DNA from: Archangiaceae bacterium
GTDB taxonomy: Bacteria; Myxococcota; Myxococcia; Myxococcales; Myxococcaceae
Length of the DNA stretch: 15,043 nucleotides
Direction: 5' to 3'
NCBI GenBank assembly: GCA_043750125.1
Contig: JAYVCD010000272.1
Location: forward strand, 1-15,043
The notes under the pieces were generated by a model. It worked only from the letters and a program-made list of their open reading frames with translations. It had not been told where the DNA came from and did no database searches. This document shows positions 1 through 7,300 of this stretch, in pieces; the first letter of the stretch is position 1; each line of letters starts with the position of its first letter. Both the position numbers and the translations under genes were made by a program.

Positions 1-390
1 CGGCAGGCCCATCAGCTGCCCGAGCACTTCCCCCGCCGCCGCCAGGGTCTTGTCCGAAAGATCCTCGCCATCGAGGTTCCAGACCTTCTTGCGCCCCGCT
101 CCGGCCTTGGAAGAGAGGTGCAATTCGACGGTCTTCTTCTTCCCGTGGGCGATGACCTTGCCCTCGAGAACGAACTTCACCCTCTCTTTCTTGACCTTGT
201 TCCAGTCGACCTTGTTCCGGGTGACGACCTTGGCCTGGGCGGCGCATTCGGCGCGATCGCACAGCTCGGCAACGAACTGGTTGCGAATGGCGCTGGCGGC
301 AGGGCCGGTGAACGGAAGAATCGCTATTTTCTGCGCCAGCGCGGGCGTGGCAAAGAGCCAGGCGACCACACACGGAAGCGCGAATCTCAT
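1..390 (-). CDS. Secreted hypothetical protein, 5' part (runs off the left edge)
   Basis: Absent from the ORF track; translated by hand from ATG at 390: MRFALPCVVAWLFATPALAQKIAILPFTGPAASAIRNQFVAELCDRAECAAQAKVVTRNKVDWNKVKKERVKFVLEGKV...GQLMGLP, open to base 1. It has a Sec-type signal peptide (basic N-terminus, hydrophobic core, A-L-A then Q) and GC-rich third codon positions. Confidence 0.8.
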   Translation of the reverse strand, partial: MRFALPCVVAWLFATPALAQKIAILPFTGPAASAIRNQFVAELCDRAECAAQAKVVTRNKVDWNKVKKERVKFVLEGKVIAHGKKKTVELHLSSKAGAGRKKVWNLDGEDLSDKTLAAAGEVLGQLMGLP

Positions 391-456
391 GGCCGACTCA
401 ATTGCATGGGGGCGGGGCAGTGTACCCGTGCCCCCGTGCTAAGGAAGGTTTTAGCG

Positions 457-1536
457 ATGGCCACTGCGAACCCCGCGCTCGAACAATTCCTCAAGAGCAT
501 CCCCCTCTTTTCCCTGGTCGAGTCGGCCGCGATGATGGACATCCTCCATCTGCTGCGCCCGGTTGAATTGCAAGGCGGGCAGGTGCTCTTCAAGGAACGC
601 GATCCAGGTCGCGCGATGTGGGTGCTGGGCGCAGGGGTCGAGGTGTCGATTTCCACCACTCCTACCGGCTCGAAGCGCCCGGTGGCCGTGGCCTACGCGC
701 GCGAAGGTCACACCGTGGGCGAGATGGCGCTGATCGACGACGGGCCCAGGTCCGGCACCGCGGTGGTGGTGGCCGGCGGACACGCGCACGAGATTCTGGC
801 CGTCGAATTTCACGCGTTGCGCGATTCCTTCAAGCCGGGAGCATTTCAGGTGTTGCGACAGATCTGCGTCGATCTCTGCAGCCGCCTTCGAGCGACTTCC
901 GACCGAATCGTCGCATCGGGCAAAGGCTCGGTTCAGACCCCCCCTTCGAAGCCAGGGCCCCGGCCCGACGTCTCGGTGCTCGACCTCTTCGCGCCCTTCA
1001 AGCCGCTGCCGGCCGTGGTGAAGCTGGCGCTGGCTCAGAAGCTGCGATTGGTCGAGGTGAACGAAATCACTCCCCTGTTCGCCGAGGGCGAAGAGAGCGA
1101 CGGGGCCTATTTGCTGATCGACGGCGAGGTCTCGGTCGGACGCAATGGGAAGACGCTCTCGAACATGGTCCCCGGCACGATGTTCGGCCTGGTGTCGACG
1201 ATCGATTCCGGTCGCCGAAGCGCCGCCTGCGTCACCACTGGCCCGGCCCGGCTGCTGAAGCTGGGGGATGCCGACTTCGATGCCCTGTTCGCCTCGGGTC
1301 ATCGGTTTGCCTTTCAGATCGTGGACCTCGTCGCCCGCCAGCTGGTGAGCCATTTGCGCAATGCAAACACGATGTTGCCCATGCCCGGCGGCCCAGCCGG
1401 CCAGACGCCCACCGCTCACCCGATCGCGAGCCTGCTCTCGGCCACTCTCGACCGGGAAGAGGATCTCGAGGTCCTGCCCCTCGAGCTCGAGATGGAGATC
1501 GACGAAGGGGTAGTCCCAGGTGAGCTGCTGAGTTGA
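457..1536 (+). CDS. Tandem cyclic-nucleotide-binding (cNMP) domain protein without HTH, 359 aa
   Basis: ATG 457 follows AAGGAAGG (441-448). Domain 1: LKSIPLFS...VLFKERDPG...VGEMALIDDGPRSGTA. Domain 2: LFAEGEESDGAYLLIDGEVSV...MFGLVSTIDSGRRSAACV. The track's upstream extension (118-456) is antisense to the gene at 1-390. Confidence 0.88.
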   Translation: MATANPALEQFLKSIPLFSLVESAAMMDILHLLRPVELQGGQVLFKERDPGRAMWVLGAGVEVSISTTPTGSKRPVAVAYAREGHTVGEMALIDDGPRSGTAVVVAGGHAHEILAVEFHALRDSFKPGAFQVLRQICVDLCSRLRATSDRIVASGKGSVQTPPSKPGPRPDVSVLDLFAPFKPLPAVVKLALAQKLRLVEVNEITPLFAEGEESDGAYLLIDGEVSVGRNGKTLSNMVPGTMFGLVSTIDSGRRSAACVTTGPARLLKLGDADFDALFASGHRFAFQIVDLVARQLVSHLRNANTMLPMPGGPAGQTPTAHPIASLLSATLDREEDLEVLPLELEMEIDEGVVPGELLS

Positions 1537-1567
1537 TTTTCCCAAGGCAGGGGCTTACTGGTGACGG

Positions 1568-2128
1568 ATGTCCGTGAACATCCAGCTCGAGTGGACCCCC
1601 AACCCGTCGACCCTGAAGTACGTGGTCGACACCAAGCTGCTGCCGCGCGGCGCGATGAACTTTACCGACCGGGCCATCGCCCTCGAGAAGTCTCCGCTGG
1701 TCTCCAAGCTGTTCGGGATCAAAGGCGTGCAGGCGGTGATGCTTGGCACCAACTTCGTCACCGTCACCAAGGGCGATGAGGGCGAGTGGGACGAGCTCAA
1801 CGACGGCGTGATGTCGATGATCGACCAGCACCTGACCGCGGGCGAAGAAGTGGTCAAGGCGGAGTTCCTCGAGACCCAGGCTCCGACGGTGGTCGGCGGC
1901 TCGGAAATCGAAGGCCGCATTCGCGAGATCCTCGATGCCGAGATTCGGCCTGCGGTCGCGATGGACGGTGGCGACATCACCCTCGATCGGTTTGAAGACG
2001 GCATCGTCTACCTGCACATGAAGGGCAGCTGCGCGGGCTGCCCGTCCTCGACCGCCACCTTGAAGATGGGCATCGAGACGCGCCTGAAGGAAGCGTTTCC
2101 TGAAGTCGTCGAGGTCGTCGCGCTTTAA
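1568..2128 (+). CDS. NifU/Nfu-family Fe-S cluster carrier (Nfu N-terminal domain plus NifU C-terminal domain)
   Basis: The N-terminal TPNPSTLKY...SPLVSKLFGIKGV...NFVTVTK...W segment is the Nfu_N scaffold domain. The C-terminal IRPAVAMDGGDI...GSCAGCPSSTATLKMGIE has the CxxC motif. Confidence 0.95.
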   Translation: MSVNIQLEWTPNPSTLKYVVDTKLLPRGAMNFTDRAIALEKSPLVSKLFGIKGVQAVMLGTNFVTVTKGDEGEWDELNDGVMSMIDQHLTAGEEVVKAEFLETQAPTVVGGSEIEGRIREILDAEIRPAVAMDGGDITLDRFEDGIVYLHMKGSCAGCPSSTATLKMGIETRLKEAFPEVVEVVAL

Positions 2129-2142
2129 GCCGCAGCACGCAC

Positions 2143-2991
2143 ATGAGCTCTGAGAAGGCGCGCCGGCAGGTCGATTCGAAGAACGTTCGCCGCGAGCTGC
2201 TGCCGAATCAATCGCAAGCGCTGCTCAAGGCGCTGCACCTGATTACCCGCGACGGAAAGCTGAACGCGGACACGCTGCGCAAGCTCAAACAGGTCAACCA
2301 CCTGGTCGGCCTCTTGACCCCCGGGCTCGACGACGCGTTCGCCAAACACCCCAACCCGGTGCTGGTCGATGTCGGCAGCGGCAACGCCTACCTGGGCTTC
2401 GTGCTCTACGAGCTGTTCTTCAAGAACCGAGACAGCGGAGAAGTCCTCTGCATCGAGACCCGTGAAGACCTGCACGAGCGGGCCACGGCGCGGGCCAGCC
2501 AGCTGGGCTTTACCCGCATGCGCTTCATCCGCTCGGCCGTCGAGGCCGCGGTGGTGCCGGACAAGATCCACGTCGTCACCGCCCTGCACGCCTGTGACAC
2601 CGCGACCGATGACGCGCTCGCGCTGGCGATTTCGCACCACGCGGAACACGTCGCGGTGGTGCCGTGCTGCCAGGCCGAGGTCGCCCAACAGCTGAAGGAC
2701 GTGAAGTCGAAGGTCGCTCCCTCGCTGGGGGCGCTGTTCGAACATCCGTGGCACCGGCGGGAATTTGGCTCGCATCTGACCAACGTCATTCGCGCCCTGG
2801 TGCTCGAGTCGCGCGGCTTCTCGGTGACGGTGACCGAGCTGACCGGCTGGGAACATTCGCTGAAGAACGAGCTGATTCTGGGCCGGCGGGTCGAGCGCGA
2901 TGTCCGAGATCCCAAGGCCACGCTCGAAGCGCTGCTCGAGCAGACCGGAGTGAAGCCGAAGCTGGTCCGGGCGCTGACCCGGCCTTCATGA
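2143..2991 (+). CDS. Class I SAM-dependent methyltransferase (Methyltransf_32-like)
   Basis: RKLKQVNH, VDVGSGNAYLGF (SAM motif I), ALHACDTATD, VVPCCQ and HSLKNELI are typical of this family. Confidence 0.88.
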   Translation: MSSEKARRQVDSKNVRRELLPNQSQALLKALHLITRDGKLNADTLRKLKQVNHLVGLLTPGLDDAFAKHPNPVLVDVGSGNAYLGFVLYELFFKNRDSGEVLCIETREDLHERATARASQLGFTRMRFIRSAVEAAVVPDKIHVVTALHACDTATDDALALAISHHAEHVAVVPCCQAEVAQQLKDVKSKVAPSLGALFEHPWHRREFGSHLTNVIRALVLESRGFSVTVTELTGWEHSLKNELILGRRVERDVRDPKATLEALLEQTGVKPKLVRALTRPS

Positions 2992-4007
2992 AGCTTTTCG
3001 TCGCTTGCTCTCCCGGCCTGGAAGCCGCCCTCGAAGCCGAAGTGAAGGCGCTGGGTTTCACCGGGCACGCGGTCGCGGGAGGAGTCGAAGCCGAAGGTCC
3101 GCACGACGCGCACGAGACCGCGAACCTGTGGCTGCGCTGTGCGACCCGCGTCTGGGTGCGGATCGCCGAAGTCGGTCGCCCCGAAGAGCTGGCCCGGGTG
3201 TCTCTGGGTGCCTACAAGGCGAAGGCGATTCCGATTGCGCTCGACTGCCCTCCGAGGTGGCAGTCGATGGCCGAGCGAACGTGGGGAAAGTCTTCTTCCC
3301 ATGGGCTGGAAGTCATGCTGCGCGAGGACGAGGGGGGCCGCTGCCAATTGAGCGTCGATTCGAGCGGAGAGCTGCTCCACGTGCGCGGCTACCGGCAGGA
3401 AATCGGAAAGGCTCCGCTGCGGGAAACCCTGGCGGCGGGGGTGCTGAAGCTGGGCGGCTATTTTGGGGAAGGCCCGCTGTGGGACGTGATGTGCGGCTCG
3501 GGGACGTTGCTCATCGAGGCGGCGTGGATCGCGATGGGCAAAGCGCCCGGAGCGTTGCGTCACTTCGCCTTCGAGTCCTGGCCTTCGCACGACGCGAAGC
3601 GGTGGGAAGCCAAAGCCCGGCAGACCCCGAGGGCCGGGCCGTTGCCGCTGCTGCTCGGAACGGATCTGAACTCGGGCCAGCTGGGGATCGCGCGCCGCAA
3701 TGCCAAGCGCGCCTTCGCTTTCGAGAGCCTGAAGCTCGAGCGGATGGATGCGACGAAGCTGACCGTTCGCGAAGGGCCGAAGGGCCTGGTGGTGGCAAAT
3801 CTTCCCTACGGAATCCGGGTGGGAGATCGCAGCGGGCTTTCCGAGCTGTATGCGGCGTTGGGTGCATCGCTGAAGCAGGCGGTGGCCGGGTGGCGCTTTG
3901 CGTTCCTCCTTCAGGAATCAGAGGACGCGCTCGGGCTGCAGTTCGAGGGGGTGCACGAGGTGAACAACGGCGGAATCCGTTGCCGGGTGGTGACGGGCAA
4001 AGTCTGA
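2988..4007 (+). CDS. THUMP-type RNA guanine-N2 methyltransferase (RlmL N-half/YpsC-like), 339 aa
   Basis: ATG 2988 overlaps the upstream TGA (ATGA). Motifs: ACSPGLEAALEAEVKALG, ANLWLRCATRV, DSSGELLHVRGYR, APLRETLAAG, DVMCGSGTLLIEAA, ANLPYGIR, NGGIRC. Confidence 0.9.
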   Translation: MKLFVACSPGLEAALEAEVKALGFTGHAVAGGVEAEGPHDAHETANLWLRCATRVWVRIAEVGRPEELARVSLGAYKAKAIPIALDCPPRWQSMAERTWGKSSSHGLEVMLREDEGGRCQLSVDSSGELLHVRGYRQEIGKAPLRETLAAGVLKLGGYFGEGPLWDVMCGSGTLLIEAAWIAMGKAPGALRHFAFESWPSHDAKRWEAKARQTPRAGPLPLLLGTDLNSGQLGIARRNAKRAFAFESLKLERMDATKLTVREGPKGLVVANLPYGIRVGDRSGLSELYAALGASLKQAVAGWRFAFLLQESEDALGLQFEGVHEVNNGGIRCRVVTGKV

Positions 4008-4041
4008 AGCGAAGGCAGCCTCGCTGCGCTATGTCGCGAAC

Positions 4042-5436
4042 ATGTCACTTGAAAAAGCGTTGGCCCGGTTTGGGGCTGAGAAAAAGAACTACCTCGAAGA
4101 CTTGAAGACGTTGGTCCGGATTCCCTCGGTGTCGTTCGCCGGGTTCGACCCTCAGCAGGTGCGCGCGTCGGCCGAGGCGACCGCCAAGCTGCTCGAGCGG
4201 CGCGGGTTCAAAAACGTGCGGCTGCTCGAGATTGAGGGCGCCCACCCTTACGTCTACGGAGAAATTCTCGACGCTCCGGGCAAGCCGACCGTGCTGCTCT
4301 ACGCGCACCACGACGTCCAGCCGGCGGGCGATGCCAAAGCGTGGAAGTCGCCCCCGTTCGAGCCGACCGAGCGCGACGGCCGGTTGTTCGCGCGCGGGGC
4401 AGCCGACGACAAAGCCGGAGTGGTGGTGCATTCGTCCGCCGTCGACGCCTGGCTCAAGGGCGCCGGATCTCTGCCGCTGAACGTGAAGGTGATCATCGAG
4501 GGCGAAGAAGAAATCGGTTCCGAGCACCTGACCGCGTTCCTGCAGAAGCACAAAGCGCTGGTCCAGGCCGACTGCATCGTGCTGACGGACACCGGAAACT
4601 TCGAAACCTCGCTGCCCAGCATCACCACCGCGCTGCGGGGCCTGGTCACGGTCGATGTCGAGGTGAAGGCGCTCAGGCAGTCGCTGCACTCGGGAATGTG
4701 GGGCGGGCCCGTTCCGGATCCAGTGATGGGGTTGTGCCGGATGATCGCCACTCTGACGCGGGAAGACGGGTCGATTGCGATTCCCGGAATCTTAGAAAAG
4801 GTGAAGCCGCTGACCGCCGAAGAGCGGCAGTGGATCAACGAGCTGCCGGGAGATCGCGCCCACTTTCGCAAGCAAGCGGGGATGCTCGCGTCGGTCGAGC
4901 TGCTGGGCGGAGATCGCCACCCGTGGGAAACGAACTGGCGCCAGCCGTCGCTGACCGTCAATGCGATTCAAGCCAGCACCCGGGCGGACGCGCGCAACAT
5001 CATCTGCGAATCGGCGTGGGCCCGAATCGGCATTCGACTGGTGCCCAACCTCGATCCGCTCGACGTGCAGAAGAAGCTGGTCGATGCACTGAAGAAGTCG
5101 GTGCCCTGGGGGCTCGAGGCCGACATCCAGTCCGACCAGACCGTGAACTGGTGGTACACCGACCCCAGCGGGCCCGCGTTTCAGGCGGCGTTTCGCGCGC
5201 TCGAAAAAGGCTACGGAAAGAAGGCGGTCGCGATTGGTTGCGGCGGCTCGATTGGCTTCGTCGAGCCGTTCAGCAAGGAGCTCGGGGGAGTCCCCGCGCT
5301 GTTGATCGGCGTCGAGGACCCGTACACCAACGCGCACTCGGAAAACGAAAGCCTCCACCTGGGCGACTTCGACAAGGCGATCGCCAGCGCGATCTACCTC
5401 TACGACGAGCTGGCGAAGGCGCTCACCGCGCGGTAG
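4042..5436 (+). CDS. M20/M25/M40 metallopeptidase (CNDP/Dug1-like dipeptidase subgroup)
   Basis: Metal and catalytic motifs YAHHDVQP, ARGAADDKAG, EGEEEIGS, AHSENE; also LHSGMWGG and GGSIG of the dipeptidase subgroup. Confidence 0.93.
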   Translation: MSLEKALARFGAEKKNYLEDLKTLVRIPSVSFAGFDPQQVRASAEATAKLLERRGFKNVRLLEIEGAHPYVYGEILDAPGKPTVLLYAHHDVQPAGDAKAWKSPPFEPTERDGRLFARGAADDKAGVVVHSSAVDAWLKGAGSLPLNVKVIIEGEEEIGSEHLTAFLQKHKALVQADCIVLTDTGNFETSLPSITTALRGLVTVDVEVKALRQSLHSGMWGGPVPDPVMGLCRMIATLTREDGSIAIPGILEKVKPLTAEERQWINELPGDRAHFRKQAGMLASVELLGGDRHPWETNWRQPSLTVNAIQASTRADARNIICESAWARIGIRLVPNLDPLDVQKKLVDALKKSVPWGLEADIQSDQTVNWWYTDPSGPAFQAAFRALEKGYGKKAVAIGCGGSIGFVEPFSKELGGVPALLIGVEDPYTNAHSENESLHLGDFDKAIASAIYLYDELAKALTAR

Positions 5437-5443
5437 CCGCAAA

Positions 5444-5486
5444 TGAAAATGTGCGGCCCACTCATCGCGGGCCGCACACGTTTTCA
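5444..5486. terminator. Probable bidirectional intrinsic terminator
   Basis: Perfect 10-bp stem TGTGCGGCCC (5450-5459) / GGGCCGCACA (5469-5478) with a 9-nt loop. It is flanked by TGAAAA and TTTTCA and lies between convergent stops at 5436 and 5508. Confidence 0.8.
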
Positions 5487-5507
5487 ACCACCCGGAAAAG
5501 AGCAGGG

Positions 5508-6506
5508 TTACGGGGCGCAGACGCCCATCAAGCAGCGCTCGCCGGCAACGCAGTCACAGTTGCTGACGCACTGGGGACCTGAGCCCGGCAGGCAGTAGCC
5601 GATGCGGCAGGTCTCGGTGGACGTGCACTGCGAGGTGCTTCCGCAGCGGTTGCGGCAGGTCGAGTCGACGCAGTCCTGACCGGCTCCGCAGTCGCCACCG
5701 CTGCTGCAGGTGCCCGGAGCGCGGGGACGGCACAGGCCGGCCTGGCAGCTCTCGCCGGTGTTGCAGTTGGTGTCGAGGCTGCAGCCATAGAAGCACTTGG
5801 CATTCACGCACCAGGCGCCGACGCCGCACGCCGCATTGTTGGTGCAGCTTCCGGGAGGATTCGGGTGTCCGTTCCCGCCGCCCGTTCCACTGGTGCCGCC
5901 GCCGGTGCCGCTGGTGCCGCCACCGGTGCCGCTGGTGCCGCCGCCGGTGCCACTGGTACCGCCGCCGGTGCCGCTGGTGCCGCCGCCGGTGCCACTGGCG
6001 CCGCCGCCCGCGCCACTCATCCCTCCGCCACCGCCGGCTCCGCTGCCACCATCAGGGTTGGAGGTCGGGCCACAGAAGCCCGCCTGGCAGGTCGAAGTGC
6101 CGCCGCAGTCGACATCGCGGTAGCACGGACGGCTGCAATAGCCATTGAGACAGACGTCGAGCCCGCATTGATTGTTGGTGGTGCACGCCTTGGAGCCGGG
6201 AGGAAGCGGGCGGCAGGTGTTGGCGACACAGTATTCGCCGCCGTGGCAGTCGGTGTTTTTTGCGCAAGCTCCGGAGCAGACGCCGTTGCTGCACGCCTCG
6301 TTGGCCTTGCAGTCGCTGGCCGCGGTGCACTTGGGCAGGGTCGAACATTTCCCAGCCCGGCAAGAACAAGAGGAATGGCAGTCCGACGTCTCGGAACAAG
6401 AGGAGCCGGGACAGCCGAACGTGCAGTCCTGCCAGGGTTCTGCCTTGTCCACGATGCAGCCAGCGAAGAGCAGCGGTGTCAGCAACAGCGCGAAGCGCGA
6501 GTTCAT
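5508..6506 (-). CDS. Cysteine-rich repeat lipoprotein with central Gly/Ser/Thr linker, 332 aa
   Basis: ATG 6506 gives MNSRFALLLTPLLFAGC, a signal peptide with lipobox FAGC (Cys17). It has ten C-x5-C-x4/5-C-x4-C repeats and 45 Cys in total. The track's longer start (6704) crosses the intergenic promoter region. Confidence 0.88.
   Translation of the reverse strand: MNSRFALLLTPLLFAGCIVDKAEPWQDCTFGCPGSSCSETSDCHSSCSCRAGKCSTLPKCTAASDCKANEACSNGVCSGACAKNTDCHGGEYCVANTCRPLPPGSKACTTNNQCGLDVCLNGYCSRPCYRDVDCGGTSTCQAGFCGPTSNPDGGSGAGGGGGMSGAGGGASGTGGGTSGTGGGTSGTGGGTSGTGGGTSGTGGGTSGTGGGNGHPNPPGSCTNNAACGVGAWCVNAKCFYGCSLDTNCNTGESCQAGLCRPRAPGTCSSGGDCGAGQDCVDSTCRNRCGSTSQCTSTETCRIGYCLPGSGPQCVSNCDCVAGERCLMGVCAP
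5874..6020. repeat. In-frame 21-bp tandem repeat, about 7 copies, encoding (TSGTGGG)n
   Basis: Units close to GCCGCCGCCGGTGCCRCTGGT start at 5874, 5895, 5916, 5937, 5958, 5979 and 6000. Differences among the core copies are synonymous. Confidence 0.95.
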
Positions 6507-6553
6507 TGGTTTGGGCGAGCGCGGGGAAGGAATTTTGTCCGCGTTCAATTCAA

Positions 6554-6583
6554 TTCGTTGCCTCCGGTGGGTCGGTTGATCAT
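6554..6583 (-). promoter_or_regulatory. Putative ECF-sigma promoter for the Cys-rich lipoprotein gene
   Basis: The minus strand reads ATGATCA-accgacccaccgga-GGCAACGAA, i.e. TGATCA-N17-AACGAA, preceded by an A7 tract. A mirror copy lies at 6607-6636. Confidence 0.65.
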
Positions 6584-6606
6584 CGGAATTTTTTTGCGTC
6601 GAACGA

Positions 6607-6636
6607 ATGATCAGTTCGCGGGGGGGTGGCAACCAA
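6607..6636 (+). promoter_or_regulatory. Putative autoregulatory ECF-sigma promoter for the sigma/anti-sigma operon
   Basis: The plus strand reads ATGATCA-gttcgcgggggggt-GGCAACCAA, i.e. TGATCA-N17-AACCAA, ending 52 bp before the sigma ATG. It matches the copy at 6554-6583 at 15 of 16 box positions. Confidence 0.65.
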
Positions 6637-6688
6637 CGGAAGTGTGCTCGCTGAATCCCTCGAAGTCTGGTTGGACCGGAGCTCCACG

Positions 6689-7300
6689 ATGAGCGCCGGC
6701 GCAATTTCCCTACAGCGCCTGGTCCCCACGCCAGCGCCGCCGTCGGCCCTCGAGGCCCGGCTGTTGCGGTTGGTCGAACGGATTCGCAACGACGACATCC
6801 TGGCGTTCGAAGAGCTCTATCGACTGACGCGGGACGATGTGGCCCGCACGCTGGGTCACTTGATGGGTCGTCGATCGGATTTGGAAGACCTGATTCAGGA
6901 AACCTACCTGCGGCTGTTGAAGGCGGTCCCCAACTTCCGGGGAGAGTCCCAGTTCCGGACCTTCCTCTACCGGGTCTGCGCCAACGTGGCGCTGATGCAC
7001 CAGCGGTGGTGGCGGCGGCGGCGCGAAGATCTGGTGGAAGAGCTGCCGGAACAACACAGCAGCGACGACCCCGAGTCGTCCGCGCAGGCCGCCGAATCGG
7101 CCCGACTGGTTCAGCAGGCGTTGCAGAACCTGTCAGAGAAGAAGCGGGTGGTCTTCGTCTACCACGAGCTGTGCGGCATGGGTCCGGAGGAAATCGCCCT
7201 CGCCGTCGACTGCTCGTACAACACGGTGCGCTCGCGGCTCTTTCACGCGCGCCTCGAATTCACCCAGGCCCTGCGCGCGCTGGTGGAGGGCAGGCGATGA
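6689..7300 (+). CDS. ECF-subfamily RNA polymerase sigma-70 factor, 203 aa
   Basis: ATG 6689 follows GGAG (6678-6681). Region 2: AFEELY...EDLIQETYLRL...FRGESQFRTFLYRVCAN. Region 4: LSEKKRVVFV...EEIA...NTVRSRLFHAR. Confidence 0.95.
   Translation: MSAGAISLQRLVPTPAPPSALEARLLRLVERIRNDDILAFEELYRLTRDDVARTLGHLMGRRSDLEDLIQETYLRLLKAVPNFRGESQFRTFLYRVCANVALMHQRWWRRRREDLVEELPEQHSSDDPESSAQAAESARLVQQALQNLSEKKRVVFVYHELCGMGPEEIALAVDCSYNTVRSRLFHARLEFTQALRALVEGRR

Noticed and set aside
387-424. TACACT -10-like hexamer (424-419, minus) and mini-ORF MQLSRP (407-387) overlapping the ATG at 390
   Set aside because: There is no convincing -35, and the 11-nt distance to the mini-ORF ATG is too long for a leaderless start. 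It cannot be separated from chance.
4008-4025. Small hairpin AGCGAAGGCAGCCTCGCT between the THUMP methylase and the M20 gene
   Set aside because: Short bulged stem, 3-nt loop and no U-tract; not supportable as a terminator.
5874-6020. Tandem repeat considered as a CRISPR array or as the (PPPVPLV)n ORF at 5797-6123
   Set aside because: There are no spacers or cas genes, and the repeat is explained by the lipoprotein reading frame.
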